Shown here: one piece after another, positions 1 through 7,815 of the stretch
Numbering within the stretch: the stretch's first letter is position 1
How the letters are laid out: every line of letters starts with the position of its first letter
NCBI GenBank assembly: GCA_050331735.1
Contig: JBHJGN010000061.1
Location: forward strand, 1 to 53,555
Reading direction: 5' to 3'
DNA from: Cyanophyceae cyanobacterium
GTDB lineage: Bacteria > Cyanobacteriota > Cyanobacteriia > Cyanobacteriales > JBHJGN01
DNA: 53,555 nucleotides
Notes under the pieces: model-generated
What the model was told of the DNA's origin: nothing
Seen by the model: the letters and a program-made list of their open reading frames with translations, nothing else
Databases searched by the model: none
Translations under genes and position numbers: made by a program

Positions 1-25
1 GTGACGTACTCCAGAAGTTGACCGC

Positions 26-1303
26 TTAGGCGGTACAACGCTGGCTTCTCCTCCCTTGACGGGATTCGCGTTTTATAGTGAGGCGAACGCCCAGCCCCAC
101 TTTTTGAATCAGTACAGCCGAGTTAAGATCTCGCGGCAGCATTGAGCCACAGCCAGAACACAGATGCCAGCGGTCTGACAGCTCCTTGTCAACTCGGTTG
201 AGACATTCTGCACAATGTTGAGAAGTTCCTGCTGGATTGACTTTCACGACCAACCGCCCAGCTTGTGCAGCTTTGTACGGCAGGATTTCGTTGAGGAACC
301 CAGCTATCCCCGCATCGGCAAAAGATTTGTTAAGACCCGACTTAGCTGCTTGACCGTTGGGCAGAAAGTGTCCATCCTCGTCAAGCTTGGGCTTGTTACG
401 TCGAGTCAGGCTAGCTACTTTGAGGTTTTCGACAAAAATAACTTGTGCCTTGTCTAGGAGCTGGTTAGCAAGCTCGAAGTGCCATTGCCGCCTCTGCCTA
501 GCAATGCGTTGGTGTAAGCGAGGAATTTTTTGGTTAAGCTTGCGTCTAGCTGTGCTACCTTTAACTCGACTGTCTCGCTTGGCAGAGAGATGAGCTAGCT
601 TTCCTTCAGCTTGCCTGTAAAACTTAGGAGGCTTTTTCAGATCGCCATCCGAGCAGGCGACAAAATATTCTAGTCCGGCATCTACCCCAATACTGTTAGT
701 GGCAGTTGGCACAACATCAACTTCGGGCTGATCAGGAACCGACTTGTCTTCTAGCGTCAGCGTAACGTACCAGCCATCAGCTTTCCTGGTAACAAGTGCC
801 CGCTTGATGGTAAAACCATTGGGGATTGGGCGATGCTGTATAAATTTAACTTCTCCCAGCTTGGGCAGCGTAATCCGATTTTCTGAAATGCAGTCGGGCT
901 TAACAGAGTGATAAGCAAATGTCCGATAGCGATTCTTGCCCTTAAAACGTGGCTTCCCGCTACGCTTACCGTTGCTGTCTCCAGAGATCAAGCGCCGAAA
1001 TGCCAACTCGACTCTCTTCACCATGTCCTGTAGCACGTGAGCATGGATGTCTTTATCCCACTTGCGCTCTTGCTTAAGAACCACCAAGGACCGTTTCTGA
1101 GAATAATATTCGGGAGGCTCTCTCGGCTGAGCAATGCTGCACGTCAAAGGGCAAGCGTTAACGGAGCAGCGATTCATGGTCCACCAATCGAAGCGATTTG
1201 CTAACAACCAGTTGTACTGACGGCGCAGCATGTCTAACCACTGGTCCATGCGGCAGCGCTGTTGATAGGTTGGCAGAAGTCGGTACTGGTAGCTAGTTAT
1301 CAT
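26..1303 (-). CDS. tnpB: TnpB RNA-guided endonuclease (425 aa; likely start ATG at 1303, MITSYQYRL)
   Basis: N-terminal YQYRLLPT, GKPRFKG, RuvC I GVDAGL, RuvC II FVENL, Zn finger CAEC...CSGC, RuvC III RDLNSA; catalytic D/E/D intact. Confidence 0.95.
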   Translation of the reverse strand: MITSYQYRLLPTYQQRCRMDQWLDMLRRQYNWLLANRFDWWTMNRCSVNACPLTCSIAQPREPPEYYSQKRSLVVLKQERKWDKDIHAHVLQDMVKRVELAFRRLISGDSNGKRSGKPRFKGKNRYRTFAYHSVKPDCISENRITLPKLGEVKFIQHRPIPNGFTIKRALVTRKADGWYVTLTLEDKSVPDQPEVDVVPTATNSIGVDAGLEYFVACSDGDLKKPPKFYRQAEGKLAHLSAKRDSRVKGSTARRKLNQKIPRLHQRIARQRRQWHFELANQLLDKAQVIFVENLKVASLTRRNKPKLDEDGHFLPNGQAAKSGLNKSFADAGIAGFLNEILPYKAAQAGRLVVKVNPAGTSQHCAECLNRVDKELSDRWHLCSGCGSMLPRDLNSAVLIQKVGLGVRLTIKRESRQGRRSQRCTA

Positions 1304-1337
1304 ACGATGAGTGTACCAAAATTTAACTACAGTGATA

Positions 1338-1745
1338 ATGAAAGATGATTTTGTCTCTAGCGGTCGCGCTATCTCGGACTTGAAAGCCCATCTAATTCTG
1401 ACTACCAAGTATCGTCGCAAGGTTCTCTCTAGGGAAATGATTGAGCGCCTACAAGCCTTGCTTTGGGAGCTGTGTTGCAAGTGGGATTGCAAGATGATTG
1501 AAGCCAATGGCGAAGCTGACCACATTCATTTGTTGTTTCAGTATTACCCACAGCTAGAGCTACCAAAGCTGGTTGGTAACATCAAATCAATAACCAGCAG
1601 AAGGCTACGCTCTGAGTTTCCAGAGTTAACGAGCCAATACAAAAAAGCCGTCTTGTGGAACGAAGCCTACTTCATTGCTAGCTGTGGAGGTGTTACTGTT
1701 TCGCCGTTAAAAGCTTATGTAGAAAAGCAAAACACCCCTGATTGA
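1338..1745 (+). CDS. tnpA: IS200-type Y1 (HUH) transposase
   Basis: HLILTTKYRRKV, HUH motif DHIH, LWNEAYF, catalytic Tyr in KAYVEKQ. Confidence 0.95.
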   Translation: MKDDFVSSGRAISDLKAHLILTTKYRRKVLSREMIERLQALLWELCCKWDCKMIEANGEADHIHLLFQYYPQLELPKLVGNIKSITSRRLRSEFPELTSQYKKAVLWNEAYFIASCGGVTVSPLKAYVEKQNTPD

Positions 1746-1995
1746 TAACTTCCGCGTTCGCTTCAGTTATCGCGCTATCCTTCTCGACGCTCACCTGTCG
1801 GTAGAGCGCGGGGCTATCGCGACTAGCTCAAATTAATTGGCAGGCAGTGAACAGGTTAGTGATGGGCAGAAGTGAGGATAGCAGGGGAGAATGAACAATC
1901 GCTAGTAACACAGTAGGGCTGACCCCTGATGTTTTCAGTTCTACGGCTAAGAGGAACGAGAGCACTCAACCGCAACAGCTTTGGTATCTAAAGAA

Positions 1996-3744
1996 ATGAC
2001 GACAAGGATTTGGTTTGGTCTGAGCTTACTGGTTCCTCTGTATTTTGGTTTGTTTTCTCTCTATCACGCCTTTAGCTATGACTATATCGTGCAGGACGAT
2101 GCTCGGCTTCATGTTGTCTGGCTACAGCAATTTGTTGAGCCTCAGCTTTTTCCAGACGATCTGATCGCAGAGTATTATCGCACCATCGCTCCGGCTGGCT
2201 TCAAAGTCGTCTACTGGCTAGGAGCGCAACTGGGGATTGAGCCGCTTGTCTTTGCCAAAGTGCTGCCGATTGGGTTAGCAATAATCGCTACCGTTTACCT
2301 GTTCCGCGTCTCCTTACTGCTCATGAACGTTCCTGCCGGAGCTTTTCTGACCATCCTCCTGCAAAATCAGAGCTTTTGGACAGAAGACGATCTCATCTCA
2401 GCCGCACCAAGAGCCTTTATTTATCCGATCTTTGCCGCTTTTCTCTATTATCTTTTGCAGCGATCGCTAATTCCGTGTGCGATTACGATCGTCCTCCAAG
2501 GCTTATTTTATCCTCAACTCCTGCTGATATCGGTAACGGTTCTGGGCCTGCGCCTGCGACCTTCTCCAGGACTGGTTAGCAGCGAACCAGACAATCTCCT
2601 TACCGGTCGCTCACCATACCGAACCCCGTTCCAAACTCATGTCCTCTTGTTGCTCACTGGATTGACTGTGATGGCGATTGTCCTACTCACCTATTCTCAA
2701 CCAGTATCTGAAGCGTTTGGACCGCTGGTAACAGCGACTCAGATGAGAGCCATGCCAGAATTTACTCATCCGGGAAGAAGCGCCTATTTTAGAGACTCTA
2801 TCGGCTTTTTCTTGCAAGGAACAAGCGGAGTGCTGGCTCCTCTGTATCCTCCAATTCTCTGGATCAGTCTGTCCTTACCCTGGTTGCTGAAATCTCGGCT
2901 GCCGTTAGCGAAGCGAATTACTCCCAAAGTCGCTATCCTTGGGCAGATTCTAGTGGCGGCTTTCGGTTTGTTCATCCTCGCTCATCTCTTTTTTCTTCAG
3001 CTCTATCTTCCCAGTCGCTACACCTACTACAGCTTGAGATTTGTTATGGTCATGGCCACCGGCATGGTTGTCGTCGGGTTTCTCGATACCGGAAAGCGAT
3101 GGCTTTGTCGCAGATTACAGTCGCTAACGCCATTGACCCGACAAGAAATCGTTCTGATCGGCCTCACTAGCACGTTTTTAGGTATTGCTTGCTGGTTTCC
3201 CATTTTGCCCGGGATTTTTCTCTCTTGGCAAAATTGGATCATTGGACCAGCCCCAGCCATCTATCGGTTTTTGGCGACGCAGCCGTCAGAGACGCTGATT
3301 GCTTCTATCGCCCAAGAAGCGGATAATCTACCGGCCTTCACTCAGCGCTCCGTTCTCTTTAGTCAAGAGCTTGCCCTCGCCTTTCACCCCGCTTACTACA
3401 CGCCCATGCAGCAGCGAGCGAGGGATCTGATTCGCGCCCAGTATAGCGCCGATCCTTCAATACTTAACCACGTAATTCAAAAATACGACATCGATTATTG
3501 GCTGATCGATCGAACCGCTTTTGAGCCGGATTATTTTCAGGAGCAGCCTTGGCTTGTTCATACCTCATTTAACAATGAGATCCAGGAAGCGATCGCCCAG
3601 CAGAACCCCGTTTTCCCTCAGCTTGTGCCTAACTGTTCAGTCGTCTCAACAGAAACTCTCATCTTGCTCGACGCAGCTTGTCTGAGGGAAGCCACTCACC
3701 CTGCAACCAGAATTACGAATGATTACCTCAAAAACCAAAAATAG
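1996..3744 (+). CDS. Polytopic membrane protein, possible GT-C-fold glycosyltransferase
   Basis: About 580 aa with many hydrophobic segments, acidic QDD motif just after TM1 and a soluble C-terminal domain; function is inferred. Confidence 0.6.
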   Translation: MTTRIWFGLSLLVPLYFGLFSLYHAFSYDYIVQDDARLHVVWLQQFVEPQLFPDDLIAEYYRTIAPAGFKVVYWLGAQLGIEPLVFAKVLPIGLAIIATVYLFRVSLLLMNVPAGAFLTILLQNQSFWTEDDLISAAPRAFIYPIFAAFLYYLLQRSLIPCAITIVLQGLFYPQLLLISVTVLGLRLRPSPGLVSSEPDNLLTGRSPYRTPFQTHVLLLLTGLTVMAIVLLTYSQPVSEAFGPLVTATQMRAMPEFTHPGRSAYFRDSIGFFLQGTSGVLAPLYPPILWISLSLPWLLKSRLPLAKRITPKVAILGQILVAAFGLFILAHLFFLQLYLPSRYTYYSLRFVMVMATGMVVVGFLDTGKRWLCRRLQSLTPLTRQEIVLIGLTSTFLGIACWFPILPGIFLSWQNWIIGPAPAIYRFLATQPSETLIASIAQEADNLPAFTQRSVLFSQELALAFHPAYYTPMQQRARDLIRAQYSADPSILNHVIQKYDIDYWLIDRTAFEPDYFQEQPWLVHTSFNNEIQEAIAQQNPVFPQLVPNCSVVSTETLILLDAACLREATHPATRITNDYLKNQK

Positions 3745-3847
3745 TGCTAAATTCTCTGTATTTTCTGATAAGCGCCGATAAAATTGAAGACGGCAGGATT
3801 ATTCATGCTGAAGTATCCAATTTTGACTTAGCAACCTTCGATTTACT

Positions 3848-4942
3848 ATGCGATTAATTCAGGCAATTTCAGCTTTTAGCTTTGTTGTGGGTTCTTTTGG
3901 CACGTGTACTCAGACAGCGGCTCAAGGAATAATTCAGTTGGGAAGTCCTGGCTACACCTGGACCGGAGATTTCAATGGGGATGGTAGAACTGATATTGCC
4001 TCTGCCGCTCAGAACAGCGTTTATATGTACCTTTCTACCGGAACCGGATTTACAAACGAGATCTGGACGATTTCAAGCGTCTGGGGCAGCCCAGAGTATA
4101 GCTGGGTGGGCGACTTTAATGGGGATGGTCGGGCGGACTTAGCGTCTGCGGTTGGCAATACTGTCTACCTGCATTTGTCAACTGGTTCCAGTTTCGATAG
4201 CGCTACCTGGCTCGTCGCCGGAACGTGGGGAGGCGGAGGCTTCAGTTGGGCAAGAGACTTCAACGGAGATGGCAGAACCGACCTGGCCTCGGCTGCTGGC
4301 GCCAGTGTTTACCTACATCTTTCAGAAGGAACGAAATTTACCAGTCAAGTCTGGTCTGTCCCGGGTCGCTGGGGTGGACCCGAATATAGCTGGGCCGGAG
4401 ACTTCAACGGAGACGGCAGAACCGATCTGGCTTCGGCTGTCGGCAATGAGGTATTTATGCATCTGTCGACCGGTTCGAGCTTTGAGAGTGCTGCCTGGCT
4501 CGTCGCTGGAACCTGGGGAGGAGCAGGACATAGCTGGGCCGGGGATTTTAACGGGGACGGCAGAACCGATCTGGCCTCGGCTGCTGCCTCCAGCGTGAAC
4601 GTTTATCTATCGGAAGGAACACAGTTCGACAGTCAGGCCTGGGCGGTAGCCGGAACCTGGGGCAGTCCCGAGTTTAGCTGGACGGGCGACTTTAATGGAG
4701 ATGGCAGAACCGATCTGGCCTCTGCGGTAGGGAGCAATGTGTCTGTTCACCTTTCCACTGGCTCCGGCTTTGAAAACGCCACTTGGCTTGTAGCCGGAAC
4801 GTGGGGAGATCCGGGCTATATCCGTCAGGGCGACTATAATGGCGATCACCGCACGGATATTGCCTCTGGTTCGGCGACTGGCATTAACGTCCATCTCTCA
4901 GAGGGAACGCAGTTTGATAGCAAAGTATGGTTCTCGCCCTAA
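3848..4942 (+). CDS. Secreted FG-GAP/VCBS-repeat beta-propeller protein (7 repeats of 48 aa)
   Basis: Signal-peptide-like N-terminus; seven GD(F/Y)NGDxRxD(L/I)AS Ca-binding motifs at 48-aa spacing. Confidence 0.88.
   Translation: MRLIQAISAFSFVVGSFGTCTQTAAQGIIQLGSPGYTWTGDFNGDGRTDIASAAQNSVYMYLSTGTGFTNEIWTISSVWGSPEYSWVGDFNGDGRADLASAVGNTVYLHLSTGSSFDSATWLVAGTWGGGGFSWARDFNGDGRTDLASAAGASVYLHLSEGTKFTSQVWSVPGRWGGPEYSWAGDFNGDGRTDLASAVGNEVFMHLSTGSSFESAAWLVAGTWGGAGHSWAGDFNGDGRTDLASAAASSVNVYLSEGTQFDSQAWAVAGTWGSPEFSWTGDFNGDGRTDLASAVGSNVSVHLSTGSGFENATWLVAGTWGDPGYIRQGDYNGDHRTDIASGSATGINVHLSEGTQFDSKVWFSP
3959..4870 (+). repeat. 144-bp intragenic tandem repeat (7 units)
   Basis: Units start at about 3959, 4103, 4247, 4391, 4535, 4679 and 4823. 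Confidence 0.9.
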
Positions 4943-5784
4943 TGAAATCAGCTTCAGTTTTGGCAAAAGGGGTTTTCATTTTTGGAGGAGTAATCTTAGC
5001 GGCTTATTTTGGGTTATCTGTTTGTCTCCGCCTGTGGCAAACCCGACTGATATTTTTTCCCACAGCGACCCTGGCCGCCACTCCGACTGATGTCGGTTTG
5101 AAGTATGAAGAGGTGCGGCTGCCGATGTCCGTCGGGGAGGTTCACGGCTGGTGGATTCCTGCCCAGGGAGAGCACGTCTTGCTCTACTTCCACGGCAACG
5201 CCAGCAATATCGGCGATCTAGTCTATCGAGCGGCTCGCTTTCAGCAAATGGGTCTATCGGTCCTGCTGATAGACTATCGCGGCTACGGGTACAGTACTGG
5301 TTCATTTCCGAGTGAAGCCAGCGCCTACGAGGATGCCGAAGCGGCTTGGCAGTATCTCACCCAAACGCGGCAGATTTCCCCTCAGAACATTTTTCTCTTC
5401 GGACAGTCCCTAGGAGGAGCGATCGCTATTGATTTAGCTATCCGTCAGCCACACTCAGCCGGGGTAATCGTAGAATCCACCTTCACCTCAATACGGGCGA
5501 TGGTAGACCACGTAGGGACTTATCAGCTTTTACCCATAGACTGGATCTTGACGCAGCGCTTTGATTCTTTGGCTAAGATCCGCACCCTCCAGATGCCGTT
5601 TCTCTTTATTCACGGCAGTAGCGATCGCACCGTGCCCCCGCGCATGAGCCAGGAGCTATATGCAGCAACTAACGGTCCTAAGCAACTCCTGCTTATTCCT
5701 GAAGCCGGACACAACGATGTTGCCATCGTTGAAGAAAGCAAATACTATCAAGCCATTCAGGAGTTTGTACAGAAATACCAATAA
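4942..5784 (+). CDS. Alpha/beta hydrolase (ABHD13/Bem46-like), N-terminal membrane anchor
   Basis: FHGNA, DYRGYG, nucleophile GQSLGG, HGSSD, GHND; ATG at 4942 overlaps the upstream TAA (TAATG). Confidence 0.9.
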   Translation: MKSASVLAKGVFIFGGVILAAYFGLSVCLRLWQTRLIFFPTATLAATPTDVGLKYEEVRLPMSVGEVHGWWIPAQGEHVLLYFHGNASNIGDLVYRAARFQQMGLSVLLIDYRGYGYSTGSFPSEASAYEDAEAAWQYLTQTRQISPQNIFLFGQSLGGAIAIDLAIRQPHSAGVIVESTFTSIRAMVDHVGTYQLLPIDWILTQRFDSLAKIRTLQMPFLFIHGSSDRTVPPRMSQELYAATNGPKQLLLIPEAGHNDVAIVEESKYYQAIQEFVQKYQ

Positions 5785-5790
5785 GCGCAT

Positions 5791-5995
5791 AGCGCCGCAG
5801 GCGCGGGGCAAAGGGAAAAGGGTAAGGGGGAAAGGAATTTAATAGTGAGCAGTTATCAGTTATCAAATTAGCTAGTTAGTGTGGTCACTGCTCGCTGTTT
5901 ACCCTTTTCCCCTTCCCGGTCCCGCTAGGGACGGATTTCCCTTTCCCCGTTGCGGAGCAACTATTTCCCCTATTTCCCCGTCCCGGAGGAACTTC
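5791..5995. repeat. Dispersed composite repeat, copy 1 (G/A-rich left arm, C/T-rich right arm, embedded mini-hairpins)
   Basis: GCAGGCGCGGGGCAAAGGG at 5797-5815 is identical to 32699-32717; TTTCCCTTTCCCCGTYGCGGAG at 5936-5957 matches 32821-32842. Confidence 0.8.
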
Positions 5996-6016
5996 AACGT
6001 AGATGAGTATGAGGCA

Positions 6017-7057
6017 ATGAAACAATATCGCGTGGTAGCTCTTCCTGGAGAGGGAATTGGACCAGAGGTGGTTGATGCGGCCTTGGAAATTTTACGCCAG
6101 GTGGCTCAACTCTATGGTTTTGAAGTGAAGATTGATTATGGCCTGATCGGAAAACCAGCCTACAGCAAACTTGGAGCTTTTTTTCCAAGAGTGACAGCGC
6201 AAATTTGCGAAGGCGCTGACGGCATTGTTTTTGGGGCTGTCACCAGCGGGGGACTGCTAGAACTGAGGAAACAGTTTGATTTTTTTGTCAACCTGCGACC
6301 TGTTCGTTCTTTCCCCAGCTTGTATGACAAATCGCCTCTGAGAAAAGACAAGCTTCAGGGAATTGATATTCTTTTCGTTCGAGAATTAGTCAGCGGTATT
6401 TACTTTGGTCCTGCGGGATGCGGGGAGGATGAAAATGGCGGCTATGGCTATCACACCATGCGCTACTACGATTGGGAAATGCGGCGGATTGCTCAAGTAG
6501 CCCTGCAGCAGGCTCAAAATCGTCGCGGGTTACTGACGGTAGCTCATAAAGAAAATGCTTTGCCCTGCTTGCGGTGGTCACATCTCGTCCAGGAAGAAGC
6601 CCTAAATTTTCCGCAAATAATCGTTGAACCAATGCTAGTGGACAATCTGGCGATGCAGCTTGTGATGAATCCTCGATACTTTGATGTGATTTTAGCGGGG
6701 AATCTGTTTGGCGACATCCTCAGTGATTTGGGCGGGGCGATCGCCGGGTCAATCAGTTTACTTGGTTCTGCCAGCCTGAACGCTCAGGGGTTTGGCCTGT
6801 ACGAACCCGTTCACGGTACAGCACCGGATATTGCGGGTCGAGGCATTGCTAATCCGCTAGGAACTCTGGAAGGCGTTGTGTTAATGCTTCAGCACTGGGG
6901 AGAACAGCGAGCAGCACACAGGATCGTGCAGGTTCAGGAGCAGCTTTTGGCTCAAGGCTATCGCACAGCCGATCTCTCACTCCAAGGAAGGGAAATATTG
7001 GTCAATACGCAGGAGCTAGTGGAGCTATTTTTGCAGGAGCTTTCTGAAGCGGCTTAA
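6017..7057 (+). CDS. hphB: LeuB-family beta-decarboxylating dehydrogenase, probably HphB-like (3-benzylmalate dehydrogenase)
   Basis: LPGEGIGPEV, NLRPV, DILFVRE, HKENA, NLFGDILSD, YEPVHGTAPDIAG; lacks the LeuB GGPKWD...RPE loop; paired with a LeuD-LeuC fusion. Start at ATG 6017. Confidence 0.72.
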   Translation: MKQYRVVALPGEGIGPEVVDAALEILRQVAQLYGFEVKIDYGLIGKPAYSKLGAFFPRVTAQICEGADGIVFGAVTSGGLLELRKQFDFFVNLRPVRSFPSLYDKSPLRKDKLQGIDILFVRELVSGIYFGPAGCGEDENGGYGYHTMRYYDWEMRRIAQVALQQAQNRRGLLTVAHKENALPCLRWSHLVQEEALNFPQIIVEPMLVDNLAMQLVMNPRYFDVILAGNLFGDILSDLGGAIAGSISLLGSASLNAQGFGLYEPVHGTAPDIAGRGIANPLGTLEGVVLMLQHWGEQRAAHRIVQVQEQLLAQGYRTADLSLQGREILVNTQELVELFLQELSEAA

Positions 7058-7151
7058 GGAGTGGGTGTGATTGGAAAAAAATGGTGAAGTCGTCAGTTCT
7101 CAGTTTCTTTTCTGGAGAAGAGCACGTTTTTGTGGCTTTTTCTCGATCTAC

Positions 7152-7757
7152 TTAAATCATTGGTCGAGACGGAAAGAAAACCACTTTCGCTAGTAGACTC
7201 AACAAGCCAGCGACTAACCCGAGCAAAATTACTCTGAAACTGGTATCCTGCTGATTGATTCTTCCCTCTAACTTTTCTATACTTTTATCGACACCATCGA
7301 TTCGTTTATCAATGCTGTCAAAGCGTTGATCGACACCATCAAAACGCTGATCGATCGCCGTTAGCATGTCATCTAAGCGCTGATTAAGCGCTTAGAATCT
7401 CTCGTCAGTTCGTTGAGCGATTGCTGTTAATCTGTCGTCGGTTTGTTGAGCGAGCGCTGTTAATCTGTCGTCAGTTCGTTGAGCGATTGCTGTTAATCTG
7501 TCGTCAGTTCGTTGAGTAAGCGTTACCAATCGCTCGTCCGTTGCTGTTAATCTGTCATCAGTTCGTTGAGTAAGCGCTACCAATCGCTCGTCCGTTTTAG
7601 TAATGTGAACATCTAATTTTTTGTCTAATGTATTGTACTGGTCGCTGAGCCGATTATATTGCTCGTTTAGCTGTGCATACTGGCGACTTACTTTCTGGTC
7701 TAAACCAAGAATTAGCTCTTTTAACTCTCCCATCTCTGTATCTGATGGTGCCATCAT
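7152..7757 (-). pseudogene. Coiled-coil repeat protein with C-terminal TM anchor, interrupted by an in-frame TAA (7394-7392)
   Basis: ORFs 7392-7757 and 7152-7367 share one frame: ...GAG AGA TTC TAA GCG CTT AAT CAG CGC TTA GAT GAC ATG...; the repeat pattern continues across the stop. Confidence 0.8.
7408..7593 (-). repeat. 33-bp (11-aa hendecad) tandem repeat with one 21-bp unit
   Basis: TDDRLTAIAQR-type units at 7408, 7441, 7474, 7507 and 7561. Confidence 0.9.
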
Positions 7758-7815
7758 CTACTAAACTCCTAGTAGCTTTCCCTCTCTTCAATCTTAAGCT
7801 TGTCAACAACCAAAC

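Larger units (their letters stand above)
1..1830 (-). mobile_element. IS200/IS605-family insertion sequence (divergent tnpA + tnpB), complete copy
   Basis: Carries tnpA and tnpB. Right end on the minus strand reads GAAG-CCAGCGTTGTACCGC-CTAA-GCGGTCAACTTCTGG-AGTACGTCAC (subterminal hairpin, ends in TCAC at position 1). Left-end hairpin at about 1783-1813; left boundary about 1829-1831 is approximate. Confidence 0.92.

Noticed and set aside
1304..1525. N-terminal 74 aa of the 499-aa TnpB ORF
   Set aside because: It overlaps tnpA antisense; TnpB similarity begins at MITSYQYRL (1303).
5879..6016. N-terminal extension of the LeuB-like ORF
   Set aside because: It translates the C/T-rich repeat arm (PFPLPG...); the family N-terminus starts at ATG 6017.
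3959..7593. Tandem repeats (144 bp, 33 bp) as possible CRISPR arrays
   Set aside because: They are in-frame coding repeats without unique spacers, and there are no cas genes.
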